Assembly: GCA_965238005.1 (NCBI GenBank)
Contig: OZ250165.1
Location: forward strand, 2,528,001-2,592,000
Direction of reading: 5' to 3'
DNA from: Longimicrobiales bacterium
Lineage (GTDB): Bacteria > Gemmatimonadota > Gemmatimonadetes > Longimicrobiales > Gaopeijiaceae
DNA: 64,000 nucleotides
A program made the translations under genes and the position numbers. Position 1 is the stretch's first letter; each line of letters opens with the position of its first letter. Shown here piece by piece: positions 30,996 to 41,239 of this stretch. The notes beneath the pieces were generated by a model. It saw nothing but the letters and a program-made list of their open reading frames with translations. It was not told where the DNA came from and did not search any database.

Positions 30996-32090
30996 CTACC
31001 CATCTTCAGTGGAAATGTCCCGGCTCAGCAGATCGCTCAGGATGGACGAAGAGACTGAGTAGGGAGTCGCTTCACCGTGCTGGATCCGGTCCAGACCTTC
31101 CTCCAGGAGAGCAGCCGTGCTCTCGCTCCCCCACAAGATTCCGCGGAGCTCCCGGTCGGCCACCTCTCGAACCCTGACGGCCACCCTGGCTCTGCGCCGC
31201 GCCCCGAGCTCCCCTGACTCGCTCACAAACGTCCCGTGCTCGTCGATGGCGGCCAGAAGCTCTGGAACCCCCTCACCCGTCTGGGCCACGGTCTTGAGAA
31301 CCGGGATCTCCCAGGCAGGCCCCTCCTCTACTTCCGGATCGGGGGTGACCTGCTTTTTCTTGCCCAGACGCGACAGATCGACGCCGTGGTGGGCGGGCAC
31401 GTCACTTAGGGCCTTCCCCGCCCTCAGGTGCAGCGCCACCCGCAGATCCTTGAGCAGGCGGTCCGCTCCGGGGCGGTCGGCCTTGTTCACCACGAAGATG
31501 TCGGCGATCTCCATGAGCCCCGCCTTCATGGCCTGGATGCCGTCGCCTGACTCCGGCACGAGAACGACCACGACCGTGTCCGTCGCCCCCGTGATCTCAA
31601 GCTCGGTCTGACCCACACCCACCGTCTCGACCATTATACGGCCGAACCCGAACGCATCCATGAGGTCGATGACCTCCTTGGTGGTGGTGGCAAGCCCTCC
31701 CAAGGAGCCACGGGTCGCCATGGAGCGGATGAAGATCCCCTTGTCGGTCGACAAGTCATTCATGCGGATCCGATCACCCAAGAGCGCGCCTCCCGAGTAC
31801 CGGGACGTGGGGTCCACCGCCACGATGCCCACCTCGTCACCCTGGGAGCGGCACAGGGTCGCGAGGTCGGCGATGAGGCTGGACTTCCCTGCACCCGGCG
31901 GGCCGGTCATCCCCAGGCGGCGTGCCTGGGGGCCCTGATCGAGTGCGCGGTGCAGAAAGCCCTGAAAGGACGGGCGCTCGCCCTCGATCACCGAAATGGC
32001 CCTCGCCAGGGCCACGCGCTTTCCTGCTCGGAACCGATCGAGCAGCGATTCGAGCTCGTCGGGGAGCGGCTTCAGGAGCTCTTCGGTCAC
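30996..32090 (-). CDS. meaB: Mutase-associated GTPase chaperone MeaB/ArgK
   Basis: GPPGAGKSS, AVDPTS..SGGALLGDRIRM, ETVGVGQ, NKAD. Confidence 0.95.
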   Translation of the reverse strand: MTEELLKPLPDELESLLDRFRAGKRVALARAISVIEGERPSFQGFLHRALDQGPQARRLGMTGPPGAGKSSLIADLATLCRSQGDEVGIVAVDPTSRYSGGALLGDRIRMNDLSTDKGIFIRSMATRGSLGGLATTTKEVIDLMDAFGFGRIMVETVGVGQTELEITGATDTVVVVLVPESGDGIQAMKAGLMEIADIFVVNKADRPGADRLLKDLRVALHLRAGKALSDVPAHHGVDLSRLGKKKQVTPDPEVEEGPAWEIPVLKTVAQTGEGVPELLAAIDEHGTFVSESGELGARRRARVAVRVREVADRELRGILWGSESTAALLEEGLDRIQHGEATPYSVSSSILSDLLSRDISTEDG

Positions 32091-33748
32091 CGGTCGCGCT
32101 CACCAGGACGGATGCGCCGGGCGTGACGCAGGGGATTCTCGAGAAGGTGCGTCGGGATGAAGAACACCAGCACGAACATGAGTAGGGCCAAGGCGAGTCC
32201 CGCCACAAGTAGCCACACGCTCTGCACCGAGATGTAGAGGATCGACGAGATGACGGCCGTGGCGGTGGCGAAGATACTGAGGCTGATGCGACGGGCCTGG
32301 AGGTGGAGGAAGCGCTCCTGGCCCTGAATGTCTCGGGGATGCACGCGGACCCGGAGCTCCTCACGCTCGGCCCGAGTCAGAAGGTCCATCATCGTGCGGA
32401 GGGCCGTCTGAGCCTCGCCGAGCAGGTCCCTGGCGACGGCGACCGGCTGGCGGGCCGCCGTCTTCACGATCTCGCCCCGCAGGCCTCGGACCACCCGTTT
32501 CAGCACGCCGAGGCCGTCGAAATTCCGGTCGTAACGGATCCCGAGCCCCTCCAGGAGGGCCGAGGTCCTGAAGAAGTAGACGAGCTCCTGGGGAAGCATG
32601 ATAGGCCACGTGTAGAACGTGTCGAAGATCTCGTGGACGATCTCCTCGATGCGGTCCCGGTTCGAGATCCGCGCCCGGGCCATGATGGCGAGGATCTCCG
32701 TGGCCGCCTCCCGGATCTCGCCCCTGGAAACCTCGGGACTGATCATGCCGAGCCGGTACATGCCGTTGATCATCCCGTCCAGGTCGTCTCTCTCAACCGC
32801 CAACGCGAGATCGAGGATGTACTCGCGGGTCCAGCGAGGCACATCCAGGACCATTCCCCAGTCGAGGACGACGATGGTCCCGTCCTCCTGCACCAGGAGA
32901 TTGCCCGGATGGGGATCCGCGTGGAGGAATCCATCCACCATCATCATCCGGAGGTAGAGGCCGGTGAGACTCTCCATCAGCTCCGTGAACCGGAGACGGC
33001 CCGACGCGAAGAAGTCGTCCAGCTGATCGATCTTCGTCCCGGCGCAGCGCTCCATTACCAGGACCCGGCGTCGAGTGTAGTCAGGCAGTACTTCGGGGGC
33101 CCTGACCTTGGGATCGTCCCCGAAGTGCCGCCGGAAGCGCTCGATGTTGTCGGCCTCGTGGTGGAAGTCCATCTCCTCCCGAACGCGGTGCGAGAATTCC
33201 CGAACCACGTTCGTCAGAGCCTGGATGTGATGGTTGGGGAAGAGGATGTTGAGCCAGTACAGGAGAGTGAACCCGATGTCGAGATCCAGGGCCACCAGCT
33301 CTTCCACTCCGGGCCGCAGGACCTTTACCACCACATCGCGACCCGCCACGACGGCACCGTGGACCTGGCCGAGGCTCGCCGCCGCCATGGGCTCTCGCTC
33401 GAACTCGTCGAAGACTTCGTCCACCGAGCGCCCGAGATCCTCCTCGAGGAGAGCGATGATCTGGTCCGGCGGGTCCGGCGGCGCCTGATCCTGGAGCATC
33501 CCGATGGCGGTCAGGTACGGCTCGGGAAAGATGTCGGCCCTGGCCGACAGCAGTTGCGCGAGCTTGATGAAGGTGGGGCCGAGACCCGCCACCCGGGCCA
33601 CCAGCTTGTGCGCCCTCCGCCGATGATGGCGCTCGCTGCGCCGGGCGGGGCGCCCCAGAATGATCCACCGCTTCCGGTCTCGCAGGAAAGCCACCACAAA
33701 AGGCGAAAGCCCTGTGAGAACCCGAATCCCCCTGAAGAGGCGCTTCAC
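32087..33748 (-). CDS. AarF/UbiB (ABC1) family atypical kinase
   Basis: LGPTFIKLAQ, AAASLGQVH, VKV.RPG, HADPHPGN, LDWGM. Confidence 0.93.
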   Translation of the reverse strand: MKRLFRGIRVLTGLSPFVVAFLRDRKRWIILGRPARRSERHHRRRAHKLVARVAGLGPTFIKLAQLLSARADIFPEPYLTAIGMLQDQAPPDPPDQIIALLEEDLGRSVDEVFDEFEREPMAAASLGQVHGAVVAGRDVVVKVLRPGVEELVALDLDIGFTLLYWLNILFPNHHIQALTNVVREFSHRVREEMDFHHEADNIERFRRHFGDDPKVRAPEVLPDYTRRRVLVMERCAGTKIDQLDDFFASGRLRFTELMESLTGLYLRMMMVDGFLHADPHPGNLLVQEDGTIVVLDWGMVLDVPRWTREYILDLALAVERDDLDGMINGMYRLGMISPEVSRGEIREAATEILAIMARARISNRDRIEEIVHEIFDTFYTWPIMLPQELVYFFRTSALLEGLGIRYDRNFDGLGVLKRVVRGLRGEIVKTAARQPVAVARDLLGEAQTALRTMMDLLTRAEREELRVRVHPRDIQGQERFLHLQARRISLSIFATATAVISSILYISVQSVWLLVAGLALALLMFVLVFFIPTHLLENPLRHARRIRPGERDR

Positions 33749-33750
33749 AA

Positions 33751-35118
33751 CTAGAGCATCACGGTCGCGAGCCCGAGGAGCAGCAGGAAGCCCGTCATGT
33801 CCGTGAGGGCCGTGAGGAAGACCGTCGATGCCACGGCTGCATCCTGTCCTCTGCGGTCAAGGAATGTCGGAATGAAGGAGCCGGCGAACCCGGCCATGGC
33901 GATGTTTCCCCACATGGCGAGCAGCACCACGAGCCCGAGCCGGGGGTCGGCGCCCGTGACATCGGCAAGGGCCGCGGCGCCAGCGGCCACGACCGCACCG
34001 ATGATCCCACCGTTCAGCAGCGCCACCCGGAGCTCCTTGCCGACCACATGGTCGCGGCTCTCCAGGGGGCCGCCCGACGTGGCCAGCCGGCGGATCGTCA
34101 CGGCCAGCGCCTGCTGGCCGGCATTACCGCCGAGACCGGCTACTACCGGCATCGCCACGGCGAGGAGGGTGGCGGCGGCGATCTGGTCCCGGAAGAGCCA
34201 GACCACGGCGGCAGCGAAGCTGGCCGTCAAGGTGTTCAGGAGAAGCCAGGGAAGCCGGGTTCGGACCGCGTCCCGCGAGCTCCCGCGCAGCTCCTCGTCG
34301 TCGGACACGCCGGAAAAGAGGAGCAGGTCCTCGGTGGTCTCCGCTTCGAGAACGTCGATGACGTCGTCGAAGGTCACCCGACCCAGAAGGATCCCGTCCT
34401 CCGAGACCACGGGGATGGACACGAGGTTGTAGCGGCTGATCAGGTGCCCCACGTCCTCCTGGTCCGCATGGGGAGTCACCGAAGCGACGACGGGCTCCAC
34501 CAGGTTCTCGACGGGCTCGTTCGTTTCCGCGAGGATCAGATCGTCCAGGGGGACGGTGCCCAGCAGCCGGGACTCGCCGTCGACGACGAACACGGTGTAG
34601 AAGTGCTCCACCTCGCGGCCCTGCACCCGCACCGCCCCGATGGCCTCCCCCGCGCTGACAGTGCCCAACACCGAGACCAGGGCCGTGGTCATGATGCCGC
34701 CGGCGGTCTCCTCGTGGTATTGGAGAAGGTCCCGGATCTCTCCGGCCTCGTCGGCCGGAAGCTCCGCCAGGATGCGGTTCTGGTCCTCAGGCTCCAGCTC
34801 TCCGATGAGGTCAGCCGCATCGTCGTCGGGGAGCTCGTGGAGGAGCTCCGCACCCTCGGTGGGCTCCAGAGCAGCCAGGAGCTCCGCCCGGGTATCCCCC
34901 TCCTCCATCTCGGCCAGGGCCTCGGATGCGAGCTCCGCCGGAAGGGCGCGCACCAGGGCCAGGCGCGTCTCCTCGTCCACCGACTCCACTACATCGGCGA
35001 TATCCGAAGGATGGAGCTCGGCCAAAAACGCCTCCAAGGCCCCCACGTCGCCCCGGTCGACGAGGGTAGCCATGCGCTCCCAGAGATCGAGAGAATCCTG
35101 AGTCTGGCTGGTGCTCAT
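33751..35118 (-). CDS. mgtE: Magnesium transporter MgtE
   Basis: HPSDIAD, TAGGIMT, CBS pair, RLPWLLLN, GGNAGQQ. Confidence 0.93.
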   Translation of the reverse strand: MSTSQTQDSLDLWERMATLVDRGDVGALEAFLAELHPSDIADVVESVDEETRLALVRALPAELASEALAEMEEGDTRAELLAALEPTEGAELLHELPDDDAADLIGELEPEDQNRILAELPADEAGEIRDLLQYHEETAGGIMTTALVSVLGTVSAGEAIGAVRVQGREVEHFYTVFVVDGESRLLGTVPLDDLILAETNEPVENLVEPVVASVTPHADQEDVGHLISRYNLVSIPVVSEDGILLGRVTFDDVIDVLEAETTEDLLLFSGVSDDEELRGSSRDAVRTRLPWLLLNTLTASFAAAVVWLFRDQIAAATLLAVAMPVVAGLGGNAGQQALAVTIRRLATSGGPLESRDHVVGKELRVALLNGGIIGAVVAAGAAALADVTGADPRLGLVVLLAMWGNIAMAGFAGSFIPTFLDRRGQDAAVASTVFLTALTDMTGFLLLLGLATVML

Positions 35119-35137
35119 GCCCCGGAGAGTGGGGAGC

Positions 35138-35569
35138 TCAAGACGCTTCGTCCAGTAGCTCCCGTAGAAGTCGCTCCTGGAGCCGAAACATCTCGCTTTC
35201 GAAGCGAGCGTCGGTCTCGGGATGACCGTGTCCTAAGACATGGAGCGTGCCGTGGATCGCCAGGCGCACGAGCTCCTCGATCAGGGGAACGGCCATCTCA
35301 CCGGCCTGACGCACCGCCTGCTCGTGCCCGACGTAGATGTCTCCGAGCAGGGACTCGCCCTCTTCGTGGAGCACGAAAGCGATGACGTCGGTGGGCCGGT
35401 CCAGCCCCAGGTAGGTGCGATTGAGCTCACGGATAGCCTGGTCGTCGAGGAGGGCAAGTGAGATCTCACCGTCGGTGACGCCGGCGTCACGCAAGACCAA
35501 GTCCACGGCGGAGCGAAGCATATCCTCGGACACGCCCTCCGCGGCACCGAGCGAGACCTGAACCTCCAA
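35138..35569 (-). CDS. ybeY: rRNA maturation endoribonuclease YbeY
   Basis: PTDVIAF, LGDIYV, HGTLHVLGHGH. Confidence 0.93.
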   Translation of the reverse strand: MEVQVSLGAAEGVSEDMLRSAVDLVLRDAGVTDGEISLALLDDQAIRELNRTYLGLDRPTDVIAFVLHEEGESLLGDIYVGHEQAVRQAGEMAVPLIEELVRLAIHGTLHVLGHGHPETDARFESEMFRLQERLLRELLDEAS

Positions 35570-35574
35570 TCGGC

Positions 35575-37818
35575 TCAGACCCCTTCGTCGGCCGGACTGC
35601 TCGGGGCGTCCGTCAGATGCTGCGTGGTCGGGTAGTCGATGCGGTGGTGGTAGATGCCACTCAGGACCTGCACGAACGTGTCCTTGAGCAGGGTGATCTC
35701 GCGCAACGTCAGAGGAGCCTCATCGAGCTGCCCGTCCTGCTGCTTGCCCTCGACGATGCCGTCCACCAGGCTTCGCACGCGCTCAGGCGTGGGCTCCTGA
35801 AGCACCTGGGTGGCCGATTCGATGGAGTCCGCCATCATGGCGATGGCCGTCTCCTTCGACTGAGGCTTGGGGCCCGGATACCGAAAATCGGCCTCGTTCA
35901 CGTTCTCTTCGCCGAACTCCTCCGTCGCCCGTTCGTGGAAGAAGGCGATGAGCTGAGAGCCGTGATGTTCGGTGATGAAGTGCTGCACGATGTCGGGCAG
36001 CTTCTCCTCTCGGGCCAGCCTGAGGCCCTCGGTGACGTGCTCCCGCACGATGGAAGCCGAAGTGTCGGGTTTCAGCTTGTCGTGGGGGTTCCTGCCCTCG
36101 GGCTGGTTCTCCACGAAGTAGTGGGGCTTCAACACCTTGCCTACATCGTGGTAGTAGAGGCCTACCCGGCAGAGAAGCCCGTGGGCCCCGATGGAGTTGG
36201 CGGCCATCTCGCCGAGATTCGCCACGTTGATCGTGTGGGCGTAGCTCCCGGGCGCCTCCAGGGACAGACGCCGCAGGAGCGAGCGGTTCGGGTCCGCCCA
36301 CTCCAGGAGCGTCTGGTCCGTGGTGATCCCGGTGAACCACTCGAAGACGGGCACGAAGCCCATGGCGATGATCGCGCTCAGGGCCGCATTCGCCCCGGCC
36401 CACCCCAGCGAGGCGGCGACCGGCCCAGCCGAGCGCTCATCCAGAAGAGCCAGGGCCAGAAGGGTCACGGCATAGGCCCCCGTGATGATGGCCACGAACA
36501 CCCAGGTCTGCGCCCTGCGCCGGACGACGCGCACGCTCATGGCGGCCGCGGCCCCACCCACCATGGCGGGAAATAGCACATCCGTGCCCCCGAATGGGGG
36601 CTGCGCCACGGTCAGCACGGCCAAGACGAGCCCCAGGACCAGAGCGATCCTGGAGTCCCAGAGGACCGCCACGGTCAAGGTGACGAACGCCACCGGCAAC
36701 GCCTCGGGAGGGAGGCCGTTCCCCGCGACGAGCCGCGCGAGAGCGAAGTACGTGACCACCAGTCCGGCCTGCAGGATGATCCAGCGGAGGGAGGCGTAGA
36801 TCACAGGGCGGATGAAGTAGACGAGCACACCGAACACCGAGAGGATCGTCAGGTTCAGGAGGAAGGCACCGAAGATCACTCCGAAGCGAAGCCCCGGCTC
36901 CTCCAGCTGCTGGCGCCGCCGCAACTCCGCCTCGTACGCGTTCAGGCGCGCCAGGTCCTCTCGGGTGATGGGCTCGTTGGCCCTCACGATGGCCTCCTGC
37001 AGCACCACGTTCCCCTTGGTCGTGGGGACCGCCTGCCGGGCCTGTTCGCGGTCGTCGGCGGTGGTCGAGGGGTCGAAGTTCAGCGAATAGACCGTGTGGC
37101 GGATCATGATGAGCCGGAGGAGCTCACTGAGCTCAGGGCTGGGCGTCATGAGCTGACTGACGACCCGGTCCTGGAACTCACGGCCGGCGAGAACGCCATC
37201 GCTCGATAACGAGCGCCTGCTCTCCACGTCGGGATCCTGGATCAGGACCCGCTCCGCCGTGAGCTGCTGAGCCTGACTGGCTTCCATGACTCCCTGGGCG
37301 GCGTACTGCCGGGCCCCGGAGACGGCCGTGGTACGCAGGAGCCCGCGTGTCTCGTCGTCCATGAGCAGCGTGGCCTGTTCCAACCTCGCGACCACGGAAG
37401 ACCCCAGCAGGAAACGGCGCAGCGTATCCGGATCACCTGCTGAAGCGATAGTGTCGAGCTGATCGAAGAATCGGCCCAGCCGGACCTCCATCGTATCGCC
37501 GGCTTCCGGCCGGAAGTCGAAGGTGGGCGGAACACCGGCCGCCGCATCCGCCCGTTCGCGCTGCAGCTCGGCGACAGTTTTGGGGACGGCGAAGGCCACC
37601 TCCGCGATCACGGGCTCCGTCAGGACCATGCCTACCGAGTAGCGGCCCAAAGTGGACCGTCCCATGGGAGGAAAGAGCGCGGTTATGATGGCCGCGACGC
37701 CCACGATGAGCAGCAGCCGCGATCCATGATACAGCGCCCCGTCCGGCCAGGCGGGCCTGGGTTCTTCCGAAGCTCCGTGGGAGATCGGGACCTGGCCTCC
37801 GCGACCGCTTCGGGTCAA
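35575..37818 (-). CDS. 7TM-HD (HDIG) phosphohydrolase, PgpH/YqfF-like
   Basis: Extracytoplasmic domain, TM bundle, APGSYAHT..VA, YYHDVGK, FVENQ, EHHG, FRYPGPKPQS; phoH-ybeY context. Confidence 0.9.
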   Translation of the reverse strand: MTRSGRGGQVPISHGASEEPRPAWPDGALYHGSRLLLIVGVAAIITALFPPMGRSTLGRYSVGMVLTEPVIAEVAFAVPKTVAELQRERADAAAGVPPTFDFRPEAGDTMEVRLGRFFDQLDTIASAGDPDTLRRFLLGSSVVARLEQATLLMDDETRGLLRTTAVSGARQYAAQGVMEASQAQQLTAERVLIQDPDVESRRSLSSDGVLAGREFQDRVVSQLMTPSPELSELLRLIMIRHTVYSLNFDPSTTADDREQARQAVPTTKGNVVLQEAIVRANEPITREDLARLNAYEAELRRRQQLEEPGLRFGVIFGAFLLNLTILSVFGVLVYFIRPVIYASLRWIILQAGLVVTYFALARLVAGNGLPPEALPVAFVTLTVAVLWDSRIALVLGLVLAVLTVAQPPFGGTDVLFPAMVGGAAAAMSVRVVRRRAQTWVFVAIITGAYAVTLLALALLDERSAGPVAASLGWAGANAALSAIIAMGFVPVFEWFTGITTDQTLLEWADPNRSLLRRLSLEAPGSYAHTINVANLGEMAANSIGAHGLLCRVGLYYHDVGKVLKPHYFVENQPEGRNPHDKLKPDTSASIVREHVTEGLRLAREEKLPDIVQHFITEHHGSQLIAFFHERATEEFGEENVNEADFRYPGPKPQSKETAIAMMADSIESATQVLQEPTPERVRSLVDGIVEGKQQDGQLDEAPLTLREITLLKDTFVQVLSGIYHHRIDYPTTQHLTDAPSSPADEGV

Positions 37819-38798
37819 GAATCCCCCTCGGAGTCCGATCTGGCGTACGCCCGGATGATGTCCTTCACCAGCCGGTGCCGGATCACGTCCATGTCGTCCA
37901 GATAGATGAACCGGATGCCGTCGATCCCACTCAAGAGAGCCTCGATCTGGAGCAGCCCGGAATCTTCCCGACGGGCCAGGTCGATCTGGGTCTTGTCACC
38001 CGTGATGACCACCTGGGAGTTCAGCCCCAGACGAGTCAGAAACATCTTCATCTGAGCCGTCGTCGAGTTCTGGGCCTCGTCGAGAATCACGAAGGCGTCG
38101 GAGAGCGTCCGGCCCCGCATATAGGCCAGTGGGGCGATCTCGATGGTCATGTCCTCGAGGGCCCGCCGCACCCGATCGCTGGGCATCATGTCCTCGAGGG
38201 CGTCGTAGAGAGGCCGCAAATATGGGTCGACCTTTTCCTGCATGTCGCCGGGCAGGAAGCCGAGGCTCTCCCCCGCCTCGACGGCGGGCCGCGCGAGGAC
38301 GATGCGCTTGACCCGCTTCTTATAGAGGGCGTCCACGGCCGCGGCCACGGCGAGGTAGGTCTTCCCGGTCCCTGCAGGGCCGATACCGATGACGATATCG
38401 TTGTCCAGGATGGAGCGGAGGTATTTCAGCTGCCCGTCCGACTTGGGACGGATGACCTTGCGCGTGCCAGGCAGCGCGATGCCGACGTCGTCGTCCGGAT
38501 GCACCACACCCTCGCCACCGCGGGCGGCGAAGCCCTCGGCGAAGCGGGCGATATCGTTGGCGTTGAACGGGGCCCGAAGGCGCGAGAGCTCGATGAGGTG
38601 TTGTACGACGGGGACCGCCTGCTCCACCGCCACGAGCTCGCCCGAGAGGATGACACGATCGTCCCGCATGACCAGTCGAATGCCGAATAGCTTCGACACT
38701 TCCTGCAGGTTGGCGTCGTTCACGCCGGTGAACAGGAGAGGGTCTACCCCCTCCGCGTCCAGCCGGTGCTCGACTACGGTGCTCTGCCCTGACGTCAT
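37815..38798 (-). CDS. phoH: PhoH family ATPase
   Basis: GPAGTGKTYLAV, RPAVEAGE.LGFLPG, AYMRGRTL, DEAQN. Confidence 0.95.
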   Translation of the reverse strand: MTSGQSTVVEHRLDAEGVDPLLFTGVNDANLQEVSKLFGIRLVMRDDRVILSGELVAVEQAVPVVQHLIELSRLRAPFNANDIARFAEGFAARGGEGVVHPDDDVGIALPGTRKVIRPKSDGQLKYLRSILDNDIVIGIGPAGTGKTYLAVAAAVDALYKKRVKRIVLARPAVEAGESLGFLPGDMQEKVDPYLRPLYDALEDMMPSDRVRRALEDMTIEIAPLAYMRGRTLSDAFVILDEAQNSTTAQMKMFLTRLGLNSQVVITGDKTQIDLARREDSGLLQIEALLSGIDGIRFIYLDDMDVIRHRLVKDIIRAYARSDSEGDS

Positions 38799-40618
38799 TC
38801 GGTGTTGCCCTCCGCTTCGACGGATCGCCCGGGCGGCCCTTCACTCATCTGAAGCCCCAGATCGGTCAGATCCGCGTCCGTCAACGGGGTGGGAGCGCCC
38901 TCAAAGAGCGCACGTGCCGCCGTGGTCTTGGGAAACGCGATCACGTCCCTGATACTGTTCGCGCCGACGAAGTGGGCGACGATCCGATCCATCCCGAAGG
39001 CCACTCCACCGTGCGGTGGGGCGCCGGAAGCGAGGGCTCCCAACAGAAACCCGAACTTACGGTCGATCTCTTCGTCCTCCAGGCCCAGAATCCTCAGAAT
39101 CCGACGTTGGATGTCCGGATCGTGGTTTCGGATGCTCCCCGAACCGAACTCCACTCCGTTGTACACCAGATCGTACGCCAGACCTCGTGCCGACATCGGC
39201 TCCGAATCGAGGAGCTCGACGTCCTCCGGATGCGGCATGACGAACGGATGATGACTCGCTGCGGGCTCGCCCTCCGGTCCCGGCTCGAAGATCGGGAAGT
39301 CCACGACCCAGAGCCACGCGTGCTCCCGCTCCTTCTCGATGCCGAGAGCCTCGATGGCAGCCGCCCTTGTAGCGGACAGGGCAGACGACGTCACACCGTC
39401 GTCTCCGGCGGCCACCAGCACAAGATCGCCGGGCGCCATTCCCAGCGACTGGAAGGCGGCCTCGTCCATGAACCGGGACAAGGGGCCCGAGCCCCCGTCC
39501 TCGCCCAGCTTGGCCCAGAGGAGGCCCGGTGCACCTGCGGCCTTGGCGTGCGACTCGACGGCCTCCACCTGCTTCCTGGACAGACGCGCCCCTCCCTCCA
39601 GGAGCAGCCCGCGGATGCGCCCCCCGCCTTCCACGGCGGCATTGAGTATGGCCGAGTCACCTCCGCTGAGGAGGTCAGTGCAGTCCTGGATCTCTAGGGA
39701 GTAGCGGAGATCCGGCCGGTCCGTACCGAAGCGCTCGAGCGCGTCCTGATAGGTCATCCGCGGGAAGGGCGTGTCCGCCTCCACACCGGGTGCCTCGGCC
39801 GCCAGCGCGGTCATCAGTCCCTCCATCCACCCAAGGATGTCGTCGGGCTCCACGAAGGATGCCTCGACGTCGATCTGGGTGAACTCAGGTTGGCGGTCCG
39901 CCCTGGGATCTTCGTCACGGAAGCAGCGGGCGATCTGGAAGTAGCGATCGAACCCGGCGGCCATGCAGATCTGCTTATAAATCTGGGGGCTCTGTGGAAG
40001 GGCGTAGAACTCTCCCTGGTGCACCCGGCTGGGTACCAGATAGTCCCGGGCCCCCTCTGGCGTCGGCTTGGTGAGGATGGGGGTCTCCACCTCTACGAAG
40101 CCCAGAGCGTCCATATGGTTCCGGCACGCCAGTATCAGGCGATGCCTGAGCCGGATGTTGCTCTGGAGCTCGTCGCGGCGAAGATCGAGGACCCGGTGCC
40201 TCAGGCGGAGCTCCTCCGAGGGCAACTCGTCCTCTGGCGCCCGGTACACGGGAATCGCAGGGACGTCGGCGTCGGTGAGTCGGCGAAGAGCCGTGGCCCT
40301 GATCTCCACGTCTCCCGTGTCGATCTGGGGATTTCGCGCTTTGACCGGCCGGGCGACCACGGGACCCACCACCGCCACCACGTCCTCCGCACCGAGCTGA
40401 TGGGCCAGCTCCAGGGATGACGCCTCCGTCCAATCGGGTCCGAAAGAGACCTGGATGAGTCCGCTGTGATCACGGAGATCCAGGAAGACCAATCCGCCCA
40501 GGTCCCGGCGGCGATGGACCCAGCCCGCCAGCTTCAGCTCGGCACCCTCATCGTCGGCGCGAATTCCACCGACCATGCGGGAACGGAGCGCGGTTCGCTC
40601 GATATCGATGTCCGTCAT
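38795..40618 (-). CDS. aspS: Aspartate--tRNA ligase
   Basis: GWVHRRRDLGG, TPEGARDYLVPSR, CFRDED.RADRQPEFTQID, PPHGG.AFGMDR. Confidence 0.97.
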   Translation of the reverse strand: MTDIDIERTALRSRMVGGIRADDEGAELKLAGWVHRRRDLGGLVFLDLRDHSGLIQVSFGPDWTEASSLELAHQLGAEDVVAVVGPVVARPVKARNPQIDTGDVEIRATALRRLTDADVPAIPVYRAPEDELPSEELRLRHRVLDLRRDELQSNIRLRHRLILACRNHMDALGFVEVETPILTKPTPEGARDYLVPSRVHQGEFYALPQSPQIYKQICMAAGFDRYFQIARCFRDEDPRADRQPEFTQIDVEASFVEPDDILGWMEGLMTALAAEAPGVEADTPFPRMTYQDALERFGTDRPDLRYSLEIQDCTDLLSGGDSAILNAAVEGGGRIRGLLLEGGARLSRKQVEAVESHAKAAGAPGLLWAKLGEDGGSGPLSRFMDEAAFQSLGMAPGDLVLVAAGDDGVTSSALSATRAAAIEALGIEKEREHAWLWVVDFPIFEPGPEGEPAASHHPFVMPHPEDVELLDSEPMSARGLAYDLVYNGVEFGSGSIRNHDPDIQRRILRILGLEDEEIDRKFGFLLGALASGAPPHGGVAFGMDRIVAHFVGANSIRDVIAFPKTTAARALFEGAPTPLTDADLTDLGLQMSEGPPGRSVEAEGNTE

Positions 40619-41022
40619 AACTGCGTCGTCGACGATGCTCTTGTTCCTTCGTCAGGCGCCCCCCCGCTCCCGCGGGAGCAGAGCCCGAATCTGGTAAAGA
40701 GGCCGTAGCCGGCCAGCACTCCAACAGCGTTCGCCAAGCCATCCAGTAAGTCCACCTCCCTGCCCGGTACGAACGTCTGGTACCATTCGTTCAGCGCGCC
40801 GTATCCCACGCCCACGAGCATCACGAGGACGACCGGCACTTGCGACGCTGTCCTCATCCGTCCCCATGCCAGGGACAGGCCGAGAATCAGGTAGGCGCCC
40901 CCGTGGGCCAGCTTGTCCGCTCCGGAGTGCAGGGTGATGCCTGGGGAGTCCCACGCACTCAACAAAAAGAGGACCGCCGCCCAAAGGGCGGCAGGCCCCC
41001 AACCAATGATCTTCTCGATCAC
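40615..41022 (-). CDS. VanZ family membrane protein
   Basis: DKLAHGGAY, YGALNEWYQTFVPGR..D..D.LAN. Start uncertain (GTG 41022 or ATG 41064). Confidence 0.8.
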   Translation of the reverse strand: MIEKIIGWGPAALWAAVLFLLSAWDSPGITLHSGADKLAHGGAYLILGLSLAWGRMRTASQVPVVLVMLVGVGYGALNEWYQTFVPGREVDLLDGLANAVGVLAGYGLFTRFGLCSRGSGGAPDEGTRASSTTQL

Positions 41023-41239
41023 GGATTGTTCGGCGATTGGAACAGCGCCCTGTCCTCCTCTCATTAGAAGGTTGTAAGCCTTCTCGTATTGGAATCGAAA
41101 GAAGTCTAACCCGGGCACCTGGGCGATACAAGAAAATCTCGAGGCCTCTAGTCCCGCGGCCCGTCCCGTTATCTTCTCCTTTAATGCGGCGGAGCCACGG
41201 CCCCGTGCACGTCGCACGGCGTGCCATCCGACAAAGACC